From Alphaproteobacteria bacterium (GTDB lineage: Bacteria > Pseudomonadota > Alphaproteobacteria > GCA-2731375), in assembly GCA_965225945.1 (NCBI GenBank), contig CBDDBZ010000035.1, forward strand, positions 128,001 through 192,000: 64,000 nt of DNA, written 5' to 3'. Both the position numbers and the translations under genes were made by a program. The notes beneath the pieces are model-generated. The model ran no database searches. It was given only the letters and a program-made list of their open reading frames with translations, and was not told the origin of the DNA. Position 1 is the first letter of the stretch; every line of letters starts with the position of its first letter. Shown piece after piece: positions 40,928 through 50,807 of the stretch.

Positions 40928-43731
40928 ATGAGCAGGGGTCGTGTGTTCGCCGTCGTCTTGGCGGCCATGATCGGCGCGCCGGTCGGCGTATCGGCGCAGA
41001 TCGATTTCAACAAGATGTGGGACGATATCAAGAAGGCCGGTGAACGGGTCGAGGAGGAGGAGGGCGGCGGCACGTCGTCGAGCCCGCCACCACCCGTGCC
41101 AGCCCCCACCCCCGCGCCGACCCAGCAGAGCGAAAGCACGACGGGAACCGCCGGCCAGGAGAGCGAAAGCCCGACGGGAACCGCTGGCCAGGGCACCGAG
41201 GGAGGCGAGGTCGCGCGCTATGATCGCCCCTGGGTTCGCGAGATACAGGGCTTGCTGAAGCGGAAGGGTCATCTCGCGGGCGCCGTCGACGGCATTTATG
41301 GCCCCGGCACGCAACGCTCGATCCGAAGCTACCAGCGAAGCGTCGAGCTGGAGGTGACGGGACTGCCGACCCCCTCGGTCATGCGCAGTTTGCGGCGGAC
41401 CGCGACCGCGCGCTCGAGCAGCGCCGGCGAGACCACGCGCACGAGTGGCGGCGAGACGGCGAGTGGGAGCGAGGCGCGGGAGGAAGAGGAAACCAGGGCG
41501 CCGGCCGCGACCGAGAGCCGCGCGGCGAGGGAACCCAGCACCACGACGGCCGAATCGACGCGGACTGCGACACGGCCCGCCGCGAGTGGCGGCGGCCGAG
41601 TCGATCTCGAAGCCGAGGCGCGGGAACGGCTGAACCGCCTCGGCTACGACGCCGGTCCGGGCGAGCGCATGGCGCAGGCGGTCCGTGCCTTCCAGAGCGA
41701 CGAGGATCTGCCCGTCGACGGCCGCATAACGCCGGCGCTGGTGGCGGCGTTGCGCGAGGCCGAGGGCGAGGATCCGAACGCCGCCCCGCCGCCGGCGGAG
41801 CCGGCGCCGACATCCGAGCCCAGGCCCGCCCCGAGCTCGGAATTGGGCCCGGCGCCGGCGCCGGCGGCACCGGCCGTGTCCGCGACGACGACGGTGGCGC
41901 CCAAGCCCGCGCCGAGCACGCGCGTCGCCACGCCCCCCACGCGGGTCGAGCCGACGACGGAGCGCCGCCGGCGCCAACGCCTCGGCGTGCCGAGCTTCGA
42001 TGCGCTCTATCGTCTGAAACTCGCAAACGGGGGCTATGTGGCCGCCGACGAGACGGCTTCCGCCCTCTTCCACTACGTCTATTTCACCCGCAAGCTGAAC
42101 GTCCACTACGTCTATTTCACCCGCAAGCTGAACGACCGGAGATCGCGCACCGGCGATGCCTGCCGTCGCGTCCGGGCGCAATACCGGAGCAATGCCATGC
42201 GCCGGGAGCTGCTTGCCACGGCCCGACGGGTCTATGGCGAGGACTTGAGGGTAGCCCAAGGCGGGCCCGCGTCGGCCCGCTTCCGCCTGGTCTTCGACGT
42301 CGGATTCGGCCGCTTTGATTTCGCCGCCGGACGCTTCCCCTTCGATAACGGGTTACCCCGGCGCTATGTCATGGCCCGCGACGGCAACGGTTGCGGCCGC
42401 TTCCGGATCGGCATTCCCGGCGCGCCCGAGCGCGCCCATGTGGAGATTGGCGCCCGGGCGGCGATCGTCGATCTGCCGATGACGGAGGGCGAGGCCAAGG
42501 CCTTGATCCGCGAACTGAAGAAGGGGAACCGGCCGCGCAAGCTGAAGCTCGAGGTCGTGATCGAAGCAACCCCGATCGCCGCCCGCGCGCCCGGATTCGA
42601 CTTCGGCGCGCGCATCGTTCGGGCCCGCGCCTATCACCCGATCACCAACGCGCTGCTGCACGAATACGACCTGACGGCGCCGGAGCAACCGGCCGTGGTG
42701 GCGAGCGGCGGCGCGCCGGCGGCGGGACGGACCGAGCGCATCCTGACGGAAATCCGCGCGCGACGGGAACGCTGCACGGCATTGACCGACGAGCGCGAAA
42801 AGGTCGACTGCGCCGAGCGGCTTTGCGACTACCTGGCCGAACAGAAGGGCATGGGGAAGACGGCGCGGGGGTGCCGGCAAAAGGTCCAGGAGGCCAAACG
42901 CTCTCTCGGCCGGCGCGAGCAGAAGAGCACGCGCAAGGAGCGTCGATGTCGCGATCGTTTCGCCGAGCGCGCCGGCAGGCCCTGGATCCCGGCCGAATCC
43001 TCTCGCTCGTTCCGCGCCGCCGTCGAGGCTTGTGCCCAGAGCCAGCCCCGCCGGGCCGGTGGGCCGGATATCGTCGGGCTTCGCCTCGGCATGGGGATGG
43101 GCGAGGCACGGCGGATTTTGCAGGATCGAACCGCAAGCAGACGTGTCGCGACGCTCGCCGACGCCCGGCCATTCGATACCGGCGAACTCGGCTGGCGGCG
43201 CGACGGCAGCCGTGGAATCGCCTTGTTCCGGATCACCACCTCAGCCGGCGACCGGCTCGCCGGGGTGAGCCGCCGGCTCTACTTCGGGCGAGATCGTCCC
43301 GATCGCGAGGACATCGAGGACGGCTTGAGGGAAAATACGGCGAGGCGAGCTGGTCCGACGGCAAGGGCACGATCGTCTGGCATGCGGCGGGCCGCGATGG
43401 CGATCCCGACCTCTGTGGCGAGCTCGCGGGTAGTCTCCAGGCGCGCGGCGGCTGGTCGGCGACCTGGCCGGCGGACACCCGCCCAGGCCCCGACCGGCCG
43501 AGGCTACCGCTGATGATCGGCCCGGGCGGCGATCCGGAAACCTATCGACGCTACGCGGCCTGTGGTCCCGTCGTCGTCTCGGTGCTGACGCTCGACCGCC
43601 GCGACCGGGTCGCCGATGCGGCCTTCGTCCTCTTCGATCCGGCCTGGATCGCCGAGCAGCCGGCCTTCGTCTTCGCCGATGGGGGATCGAGCGCGAGTGG
43701 CGGCCGGAAGAAGCGGAAGATCGACTTCTGA
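40928..43731 (+). CDS. Large secreted protein with two peptidoglycan-binding domains; frameshift near 43333
   Basis: Signal peptide; VDGIYGPGT...YQ and AVRAFQ...LPVDG PG_binding_1 motifs; P/T-rich linkers; tail KYGEASW...KIDF continues in another frame. Confidence 0.7.
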
Positions 43732-43746
43732 CGCAGGCCCGCCAGT

Positions 43747-43774
43747 TTGACGGCTTGATATAACGGCGCTACAT
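43747..43774 (+). promoter_or_regulatory. Possible sigma70 promoter of the ClC gene
   Basis: TTGAC-N17-CTACAT, close to the alphaproteobacterial consensus. Confidence 0.4.
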
Positions 43775-43814
43775 CCCGACGCAACCTGCGACGTTTCGAC
43801 GAGGGACATGCGCG

Positions 43815-45590
43815 ATGCCGTCTCCAACTCCGCGAGGGATGTGGCATCGGCTCGCCCGCCACGAGCAGATCGTGCTGACGGTGGTGGCCGTCGTCATCGG
43901 CGTCGTCGTCGCCTATGCGGCGCTGCTGTTCCGGACCTGGATCGACGCGGTGGAGTGGATCGGCTTCGGCGCCAGCGGCGAGGCGCTCTATCTCGCCGTC
44001 GCCGAATTGCCGTGGTGGCAGGTGGTGGGGGTGCCGACGCTGGGCGGCCTGATCGTCGGTCTCGTCCTCGAATACCTGATGCCCGGCAAGCGCACCAAGG
44101 CCGTCGCCGAGGTAATCGAGGCGAACGCCCTTCACGGCGGCCGCATGAACCTCCGGGAGGGTGCGGTTTCCGCCGTCGTCGCCGCGACCTCGCTCGGCGT
44201 CGGCGCCTCGGCCGGGCGGGAGGGACCGATGGTGCATTTCGGCGCCACGATCTCGTCGTGGATCGCCGAGCGCCTGCATCTGAGCCAGAACCTCTCGCGC
44301 ACGATCCTAGGCTGCGGCGTGGCGGCGGCGGTCTCCGCCTCCTTCAACGCGCCGATCGCCGGCGTCTTCTTCGCCCTCGAGGTGGTGATCGGGCACTACG
44401 CGCTGTCCGCCTTCACCCCGGTGGTGATCGCCAGCGTCGGCGCCACGCTGGTGGCCCGTGCCCATCTCGGCGAAACGCCGGCCTTCTTATTGCCCGAGAC
44501 CCAGATCACCTCGGTGCTGGAGTTCCCCGCCTTCTTTCTTCTCGGCATCGTCTCGGCGCTGATCGCCATCGCCTTCATGTGGTCCATCATGAAGGCGGAA
44601 GAAATCGTCGAGAGCGTGCCGCTCCCCGACTGGTCGAAGCCGGTCGGCGGCGGCCTGCTACTCGGCCTGGTGGCGCTGGCGTTTCCCCAGATCCTGGGCG
44701 TCGGCTACGGGCCGACCGACGCGGCGCTGCACGGCAGCTTTCCCCTGAGCTTGCTGCTGGCGCTGATCGCGATCAAGACCATCATGACGGCGGTGACGCT
44801 CGGCTGTCGCTTCGGCGGCGGGGTGTTCTCGCCGGCGCTCTACATCGGCGCGATGACCGGCGGCGCGTTCGGCCTGATCGCCGCCGCGACCTTCCCCGAC
44901 CTCGCCTCCACGCACGGCGACTATGCCATCGTCGGCATGGCAGCGGTCGCCGCCGCCGTGCTGGGGGCGCCGATCTCCACCATCCTGATCGTCTTCGAGC
45001 TGACCGGCGACTACAAGATCACCATCGCGGTGATGGTGGCGACCGCGATCGCCTCGCTGGTGGTGCGCCAGCTCCTCGGCACCAGCTTCTTCCATTGGCA
45101 ACTGGAACGCCGCGGCCTGGACCTGCGCGGCGGACGGGCCCGCCATCTGCTGCAGTCGCTCCAGGTCGAGGACATGCTCTCCCGCCAGTGCCACATCGTC
45201 ACCGAGGACACCAGCGTCGGCGAGATCAAGCGCCTGCTGGCGGCGCACCCGGACTCCGAGTTCGTGGTCACCGACGAGGCCGGGCGCCTGGTCGGCACCT
45301 TCGGTTTCCACGAGTTGAAGGACGTCGTCTTCGATTCCACCCTCGACAGCCTGGTCAATGCCCGCGACGTGGTCCGCGGTAGCCCCACCTCGGTGGTCCC
45401 GAGCGACACGTTGGAGCACGCGCTGGCGCTGATGGACCTCGGCGGCGCTGAGCAGTTGGCGGTCGTGGTCGGGCCGGAGGATCGCCGCGTGCTGGGCGTG
45501 GTGCGGCACAAGGACGTGCTCAGGGCCCTCAACCGCGCGCTCCTCGACGTCGAGGCCGAGGAACACGGTGGCCAGGCTCGCCCGCGTTGA
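43815..45590 (+). CDS. ClC chloride channel/antiporter with CBS pair
   Basis: GREGP, FNAPIAG, GGVFSP, FELTG, C-terminal CBS domains. Confidence 0.92.
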   Translation: MPSPTPRGMWHRLARHEQIVLTVVAVVIGVVVAYAALLFRTWIDAVEWIGFGASGEALYLAVAELPWWQVVGVPTLGGLIVGLVLEYLMPGKRTKAVAEVIEANALHGGRMNLREGAVSAVVAATSLGVGASAGREGPMVHFGATISSWIAERLHLSQNLSRTILGCGVAAAVSASFNAPIAGVFFALEVVIGHYALSAFTPVVIASVGATLVARAHLGETPAFLLPETQITSVLEFPAFFLLGIVSALIAIAFMWSIMKAEEIVESVPLPDWSKPVGGGLLLGLVALAFPQILGVGYGPTDAALHGSFPLSLLLALIAIKTIMTAVTLGCRFGGGVFSPALYIGAMTGGAFGLIAAATFPDLASTHGDYAIVGMAAVAAAVLGAPISTILIVFELTGDYKITIAVMVATAIASLVVRQLLGTSFFHWQLERRGLDLRGGRARHLLQSLQVEDMLSRQCHIVTEDTSVGEIKRLLAAHPDSEFVVTDEAGRLVGTFGFHELKDVVFDSTLDSLVNARDVVRGSPTSVVPSDTLEHALALMDLGGAEQLAVVVGPEDRRVLGVVRHKDVLRALNRALLDVEAEEHGGQARPR

Positions 45591-45634
45591 GGGCGCTCGG
45601 GGTCTTCGACACCCACCACTCGCGCGGCGCGCCG

Positions 45635-45738
45635 GAATTACGGTGAGAATTACGGTAACATTAGAATTACGGTGACATTGCAATTTATTGCAATGCTGGT
45701 TAAGTGCACTGTCACCGTAATTCGTGCCACCGTAATTC
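45635..45738. repeat. REPIN-like doublet of the GAATTACGGTGACA motif with partial flanking copies
   Basis: 45664-45687 and 45700-45723 are inverted; same family as 20951-21294. Confidence 0.85.
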
Positions 45739-46386
45739 GTGCGCTACGCCTCGCTCTTCTTCGGCTTCTTCGAGGATCGCGAGCGGACCCTCGCGATGGC
45801 CCAGGCGTCTGCGGAGCATGCCGTTTCACTCGACCGCGACGATGCAAACGCGCGCATGGTCCTCGGCCGGATCCTGGCCTATCGGGGCGAGATCGAGGCG
45901 GCGGTGAGCGAGTTGGAGACCGCCATCCGGATCAATCCGCACTTCGCGCGGGCCTATCACGGGCTCGCCTATGCAATCGGTTTCTGCCAGGGCGAGGCGG
46001 AGGCGGGGCTCGCCCATTACGAAACGGCGTTGCGTCTGAGCCCGCGCGATCCCTGGCGCTGGATCTCGTTGATGATGAAGGGCACGATGCTCTGCCGCCT
46101 CGGCCGCTACGAGGAAGCGGTGACCAGCTGCCGCGAGGCGAGCCGCTTTCCCGATTCCGGTCCTCTGCCGCAAATGTTCCTGGCCGAGGCGCTCGGCCAT
46201 GCGGGGCGGGTGCCGGAGGCCCGCGAGGCCCTAGCGCGCGCCATAGCGCTCAACCCGAAGCTCTCCGCCGCCTTCGTCCGCGAGCATTGGCCGACCTCGG
46301 ACGAGTCCGTCGTCGAAGGCCTGATCGCGGGCCTCAGGCGGGCCGGTCTGCCGGATGAACCAATAGCGGTGGTCAAAGAAAGCTGA
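45739..46386 (+). pseudogene. TPR-repeat C-terminal part of a TolB-like/adenylate cyclase-type protein; N-terminus missing
   Basis: AIRINPHFARA, LRLSPRDP, GLRRAGL; begins abruptly after the REP doublet. Confidence 0.65.
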
Positions 46387-46474
46387 TTTCCTTTCTTTAG
46401 GCAATTTTCGAAAGGGCCATTTCGATAAAGAGCCGACGGACAAAATGGGTCACAAGGACTCTGTTAGTATTTTC

Positions 46475-47697
46475 CATGGTACACGACGGCATTTACGTAG
46501 GACGTTGAAAAGGTTGTAGGATTCCCGATTCACTCCACGACGAGTCAAGAGGGAAATCATGCGAGACAACCCGATCAACGCCCTGCGTGAGACGCTACGA
46601 TGCGGCTTCGCCTTTCGCAAGAGCCGTCTGGAGAGCCTTTGCGTCTTGGTCTTCGGCGTGTTCGTCGCCCGGACGGTGAACCTCTCTCACTTGGCCTGCC
46701 ACTTTCCGGGGCGCGCGCGATCCAGCTCCAACTATCGGCGCCTGCAACGGTTTTTCGAGCAAGTCGATTTCGATTACGATCGCCTCGCCGAGTTCCTGGT
46801 CGCGATGATGGGGCTCCAGGCGGGGCCGTGGCGGCTGACCATGGACCGGACCAACTGGCGGCTGGGTCGCCGCGACGTCAACATCTTGATGATCGGCATC
46901 GTCAACCGCGCCATCGCCATTCCCGTGTGCTGGCGGGTGCTCGACAAGGCGGGCAATTCCAATACCAAGGAGCGGATCGCGATCCTCGAACACGTCCTCC
47001 GGCTCTTCGGGGTCGACAAGATCGCCAGCCTCCTGGCCGACCGGGAATTCATCGGCGACGCCTGGCTGGCATGGTTGCAGGAAAAGGCCATCCCCTTTCA
47101 CATCCGCATCCGATCCAACATCAAGATCGCCAACACGCGTGGTCGCATGGTCAAGGCGAGGGAGCTGTTTCGCGACCTCAAACCCGGGGAAAGCCGCATC
47201 CTCTCCAACGCCAGGCGCCTCTCGGAGGCCAGAAAACCCAAGGCCAGGCCCGTCTTCGTCGCCGCGCTCCATCTCAAGACCGGCGAACTGTTGATCGTCG
47301 TGACCAACGACGCGCCCGAGGAGGCCTTGGCCATCTACGCCCAGCGCTGGCAAATCGAGACCCTCTTCGCCGCCTTGAAAACCCGTGGCTTCAACCTCGA
47401 AGACACCCACATGACCGACCCGGAGCGCATCTCCAAGCTCACCGCCGTCCTTTCCATCACCTTCTGCTGGGCGCACAAAGTCGGCGATTGGCTCCACGAG
47501 GCCGAGCCGATCCGCCTCAAAACCCACAAAAGGATGGCAAAATCCATCTTCCGATACGGTTTCGAGTGGATAAGGCGACAGCTCGTCAATCCTATCGACA
47601 GGCGTCAAGCCATTGAGCTGATTCGTTTCCTCGTCCCCGGAAAACCACCAGTCCAGGTGCCCAGGCCAAAGCCAGCATGAACGAGTCGTGTACTGTG
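46475..47697 (+). mobile_element. IS4-family insertion sequence, complete
   Basis: IR CATGGTACACGAC / GTCGTGTACTGTG; 9-bp TSD AGTATTTTC. Confidence 0.92.
46559..47680 (+). CDS. IS4-family transposase
   Basis: MDRTNW, LADREF, YAQRWQIE (YREK-like). Confidence 0.93.
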   Translation: MRDNPINALRETLRCGFAFRKSRLESLCVLVFGVFVARTVNLSHLACHFPGRARSSSNYRRLQRFFEQVDFDYDRLAEFLVAMMGLQAGPWRLTMDRTNWRLGRRDVNILMIGIVNRAIAIPVCWRVLDKAGNSNTKERIAILEHVLRLFGVDKIASLLADREFIGDAWLAWLQEKAIPFHIRIRSNIKIANTRGRMVKARELFRDLKPGESRILSNARRLSEARKPKARPVFVAALHLKTGELLIVVTNDAPEEALAIYAQRWQIETLFAALKTRGFNLEDTHMTDPERISKLTAVLSITFCWAHKVGDWLHEAEPIRLKTHKRMAKSIFRYGFEWIRRQLVNPIDRRQAIELIRFLVPGKPPVQVPRPKPA

Positions 47698-47913
47698 AGT
47701 ATTTTCTAATTTTACAGGGAGTCTCGGGGGCACACCAGACGTGAAACCAGCGAAGGCCGACGTTCAGCCTTTGGCTCGTGCCGCATGTGGCCGTTCACGC
47801 TCCGCCACGCTCTCCGACATGCTCCGCTCGACCCTCTGTCCGACACTCGTCCCGGCCCCGCGCTCGCCGACGTCACCGGCCCGACCGAGTGATCGGCGGC
47901 GACATGGCCGGCT

Positions 47914-48212
47914 CTACTGCTGGATCCCTTGGCCGCCGTCGAGGTAGATGGTCTCGCCGGTGAGGAAGGGCAGGTCCTCGTCGAACAGCACGCTGACCAG
48001 GCGGGCGACCTCCGCCGCGTCGCTCGGCCCGCCGGTCGGGATGCGCTGGGCGAGGAAGCGGTTGAAGCTCTCGTCCTCCCGGTAGCGGGCGTTGAGGTTG
48101 GTCACGACATAGCCGGGCGCCACGTCCAGGACCCGGATCCGGCACTTTCCACCGCCAGCGCCCGCGTCAAGCCCGCCCCGCCGGTGACGGCCACGGCGCC
48201 CTTGGATGTCAC
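47914..48212 (-). pseudogene. SDR remnant with a large internal deletion
   Basis: VAVTGGAG fused to LTRALAVE, then VAPGYV...TGETIYLDGG. Confidence 0.75.
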
Positions 48213-48213
48213 G

Positions 48214-48981
48214 TCAGCGGTCCTTGAAATCGGCCTGGCGTTTCTCCAGGAAGGCGGCCGTGCCTTCCGCCGCGTCCTCGGTCTGGAAGGCCAGCGTGTT
48301 GAGATCGGCCTCGATCGCGAAGCCCTCGGCGAGCGTCGTCGTGCCGGCGCGGCGCACCGCCTCGCGGGCGAAACGCAGTGCCGGCAGGCCGAAAGTGGTG
48401 AACTGGCGCATAAAGTCCTTGGCCTCCTCCAGGCCAGTGTCCCCGAGGATACGGCTGACGAGACCGATGCTCAGCGCCTCCTCGGCCTCGACCATGCGCC
48501 CGCTCATTATCAGTTCCAGCGCCCGGGTCTCGCCGACGATGCGCGGCAGGCGCTGCGTCCCGCCGTAGCCCGGGATCAGGCCGAGCTTGATTTCCGGCAG
48601 GCCGAGCCGGGCCTCGGGGACGCAGACCCGGAAGGTGCAGGCCATCGCCAGCTCCAGCCCGCCGCCCAGCGCATAGCCGTTGATCAGCGCGAGCGAGGGG
48701 ATGCGCAGCGAGTCGAGCTTGGCGAAGCTGCGCTGGCCCCGCTCGGCGCCCGCCTTCTCCTGCTCGATCGTCCGGCCCATCAGCTCCGAGATGTCGGCGC
48801 CGGCGCAGAACGCCCGATTCCCCGCCCCGGTGACGATGAGCGCGCGGGCATCGCTCGCCGCCGCCTCGTCGATATAGCCCTCGATCGCCGCCACCACCTC
48901 GAAGCTGAGGGCGTTCAGCGCCTCCGGCCGGTCGAGGGTGATCAGCGCGAATTCGTCCTCGCGGGTGAAATGCGTGGCCAT
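48214..48981 (-). CDS. Enoyl-CoA hydratase/isomerase
   Basis: AFCAGADI, ALGGGLE, LPEIKLG. Confidence 0.92.
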   Translation of the reverse strand: MATHFTREDEFALITLDRPEALNALSFEVVAAIEGYIDEAAASDARALIVTGAGNRAFCAGADISELMGRTIEQEKAGAERGQRSFAKLDSLRIPSLALINGYALGGGLELAMACTFRVCVPEARLGLPEIKLGLIPGYGGTQRLPRIVGETRALELIMSGRMVEAEEALSIGLVSRILGDTGLEEAKDFMRQFTTFGLPALRFAREAVRRAGTTTLAEGFAIEADLNTLAFQTEDAAEGTAAFLEKRQADFKDR

Positions 48982-48991
48982 GTCCCCTCTC

Positions 48992-49137
48992 CTAGAGCAG
49001 CATCCGTCAGTTGGAATCGCTTTCAGCGATCCAACTGGCGGATAAAGCTGCTCTATCTTTTTGAAGAATAGAGCAATATCCGAACGGATTTAACGGATTT
49101 AACCGCACCGGTTCAATCCGTTCGGATATTGCTCTAG
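48992..49137. repeat. RIME/Bru-RS-like two-hairpin intergenic element
   Basis: CTAGAGC...GCTCTA-spacer-TAGAGC...GCTCTAG with two long stems. Confidence 0.75.
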
Positions 49138-49150
49138 GCGCGCCGTTCCC

Positions 49151-49825
49151 TCACCTGCCGCCGGCGGTCTTGCCGTAGCGATAGCGATAGAGGCCTCGGT
49201 CCATGCGGCCTCGCGCCCCGCGTTGCTTCAGCGCGGCGGGCGAGAGCACCTCGGCGAGCGCGCCGGCCACCACCTTTTCGTCGGCGCCGTCGAGCAGCAC
49301 GGCCCAGAGGCCGTCCTCGGCGTTTGCCCGGGCCGCGCCCCGGCCGCTGCCGACGGGACCTGTGAGCTCCACCGCCTCCAGGAATTCGGCCCGGACCATG
49401 CCCCCCCGCTTGACCACGGCGCGGAGCGCCGGGCCCGAAAGCCAGCGCGCGAGCTCGGGCCCGCCCGCGGCCGGCGGCGTCATGCGCAAGCTGGCGACCA
49501 CGCCGCCCCGCCCCTCGCCTTCGCGCGCGCGGACCTGGAAGACGCCCCGCGTGGTGTTCTGGAATTGCCGCGTCACCCGCTTGGTCCAGCCGGTCGGCGC
49601 CTCGGAGACCTCGCGGTAGGGCTTGCTCGAGAGCACTTGCGGCGTCCGCGTCTCGTAGAGCGCCAGGTAGCGCGGCCGGCCGCGGATCGCCGCATAACGA
49701 TGGCCCGAGAGAAAGCCCTTGATCGCCGCCCGCTCGTTGACGTGTTCGCGGTTGTACCACTCCTCGAAGTCGTCCTCGCCGGCCGGAGCGACGTCCGTCC
49801 AGACCACCAGCATGCCTTCCGCCAT
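49151..49825 (-). CDS. Hypothetical protein (DUF4286/EthD-like)
   Basis: FEEWYNREHVNER...GF...RYLALYE. Confidence 0.65.
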   Translation of the reverse strand: MAEGMLVVWTDVAPAGEDDFEEWYNREHVNERAAIKGFLSGHRYAAIRGRPRYLALYETRTPQVLSSKPYREVSEAPTGWTKRVTRQFQNTTRGVFQVRAREGEGRGGVVASLRMTPPAAGGPELARWLSGPALRAVVKRGGMVRAEFLEAVELTGPVGSGRGAARANAEDGLWAVLLDGADEKVVAGALAEVLSPAALKQRGARGRMDRGLYRYRYGKTAGGR

Positions 49826-49938
49826 GTCCCCCTCCCTCTCTTCGCGCCGAGCCTAAACCAGGCCCGCGCGCGCGCGCCACTTTGCCGGCTCCGGGCGCGC
49901 GGTTAAGGTTGTCGTCGAACGGAGAGGGGACCCGGGAT

Positions 49939-50706
49939 ATGGACGGCGCCTATCGGCTCGACGGCAGAAGTGCCGTGGTGATCTCCGCCGCCAACGGCAT
50001 CGGCCGGGCCTGCGCCATCGCCTTCGCCGCCGCCGGCGCCCGGGTGATCGCGGCCGACCTCGACGAGGCGAACGCCGAGGTCACGGCCGAGCTGATCCGG
50101 GCCGAGGGGGGCGCGGCCGTGGCGCACCGCGTCGATGCCCGCTCGCCCGAGGATCTGGAGGCCCTGGTGGCGCGGGCCAGGGAGGCCCACGGCGGCCTCG
50201 ACGTCCTGCTTTATGGCGCGGCGATGCACGATGTGTCGGGCACCGTGCTCGACATCACGCCAGAACATTGGGACGAGGTCCTGCGGGTCAACCTGACCGG
50301 CGCCTTTCTCGCCTGCCGGGCGGCGTTGCCGGCGATGATCGAAGGCGGTGGCGGCTCCATCGTCCTGATCGCCTCGCAATTGGGCTCCGTCGCCGCGCCG
50401 GCCCGGGCGGGCTACTGCGCCTCCAAGGGCGGGCTAATCCAGTTCGCCAAGGTCGTCGCGGCCGATCACGCGGCCCAGAGCGTGCGGGTCAACACGCTCT
50501 CCCCGGGCGCGGTCGAGACCGATCGGTTGACGCGGCGCTTCGGCGACATGGGCGCGGCCCGCGCCGCGCTCGGCGCCAAGCACCTGCTGGGTCGGCTCGG
50601 CCTGCCGGTCGAGATCGCGCATGCCGCGCTGTTCCTCGCCAGCGATGCCTCGAGTTTCATGACCGGCGCCGACCTGGTCGTCGACGGCGGCTACACCGCC
50701 ACCTGA
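49939..50706 (+). CDS. SDR oxidoreductase
   Basis: YCASK, VRVN, MTGADLVVDGG; cofactor motif altered to ISAANGIG. Confidence 0.88.
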   Translation: MDGAYRLDGRSAVVISAANGIGRACAIAFAAAGARVIAADLDEANAEVTAELIRAEGGAAVAHRVDARSPEDLEALVARAREAHGGLDVLLYGAAMHDVSGTVLDITPEHWDEVLRVNLTGAFLACRAALPAMIEGGGGSIVLIASQLGSVAAPARAGYCASKGGLIQFAKVVAADHAAQSVRVNTLSPGAVETDRLTRRFGDMGAARAALGAKHLLGRLGLPVEIAHAALFLASDASSFMTGADLVVDGGYTAT

Positions 50707-50748
50707 CGTCGTTCGCTTCGGAGATTACCTCGAACAAGAAGCACGGGA

Positions 50749-50793
50749 ATGGCCACGATCGGTTTCGTCGGTGTCGGAGTCATGGGTGTCCCG
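50749..50793 (+). pseudogene. Start fragment of a 3-hydroxyisobutyrate dehydrogenase-family gene
   Basis: MATIGFVGVGVMGVP then similarity ends. Confidence 0.5.
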
Positions 50794-50807
50794 CCGTCGC
50801 GTGACGT

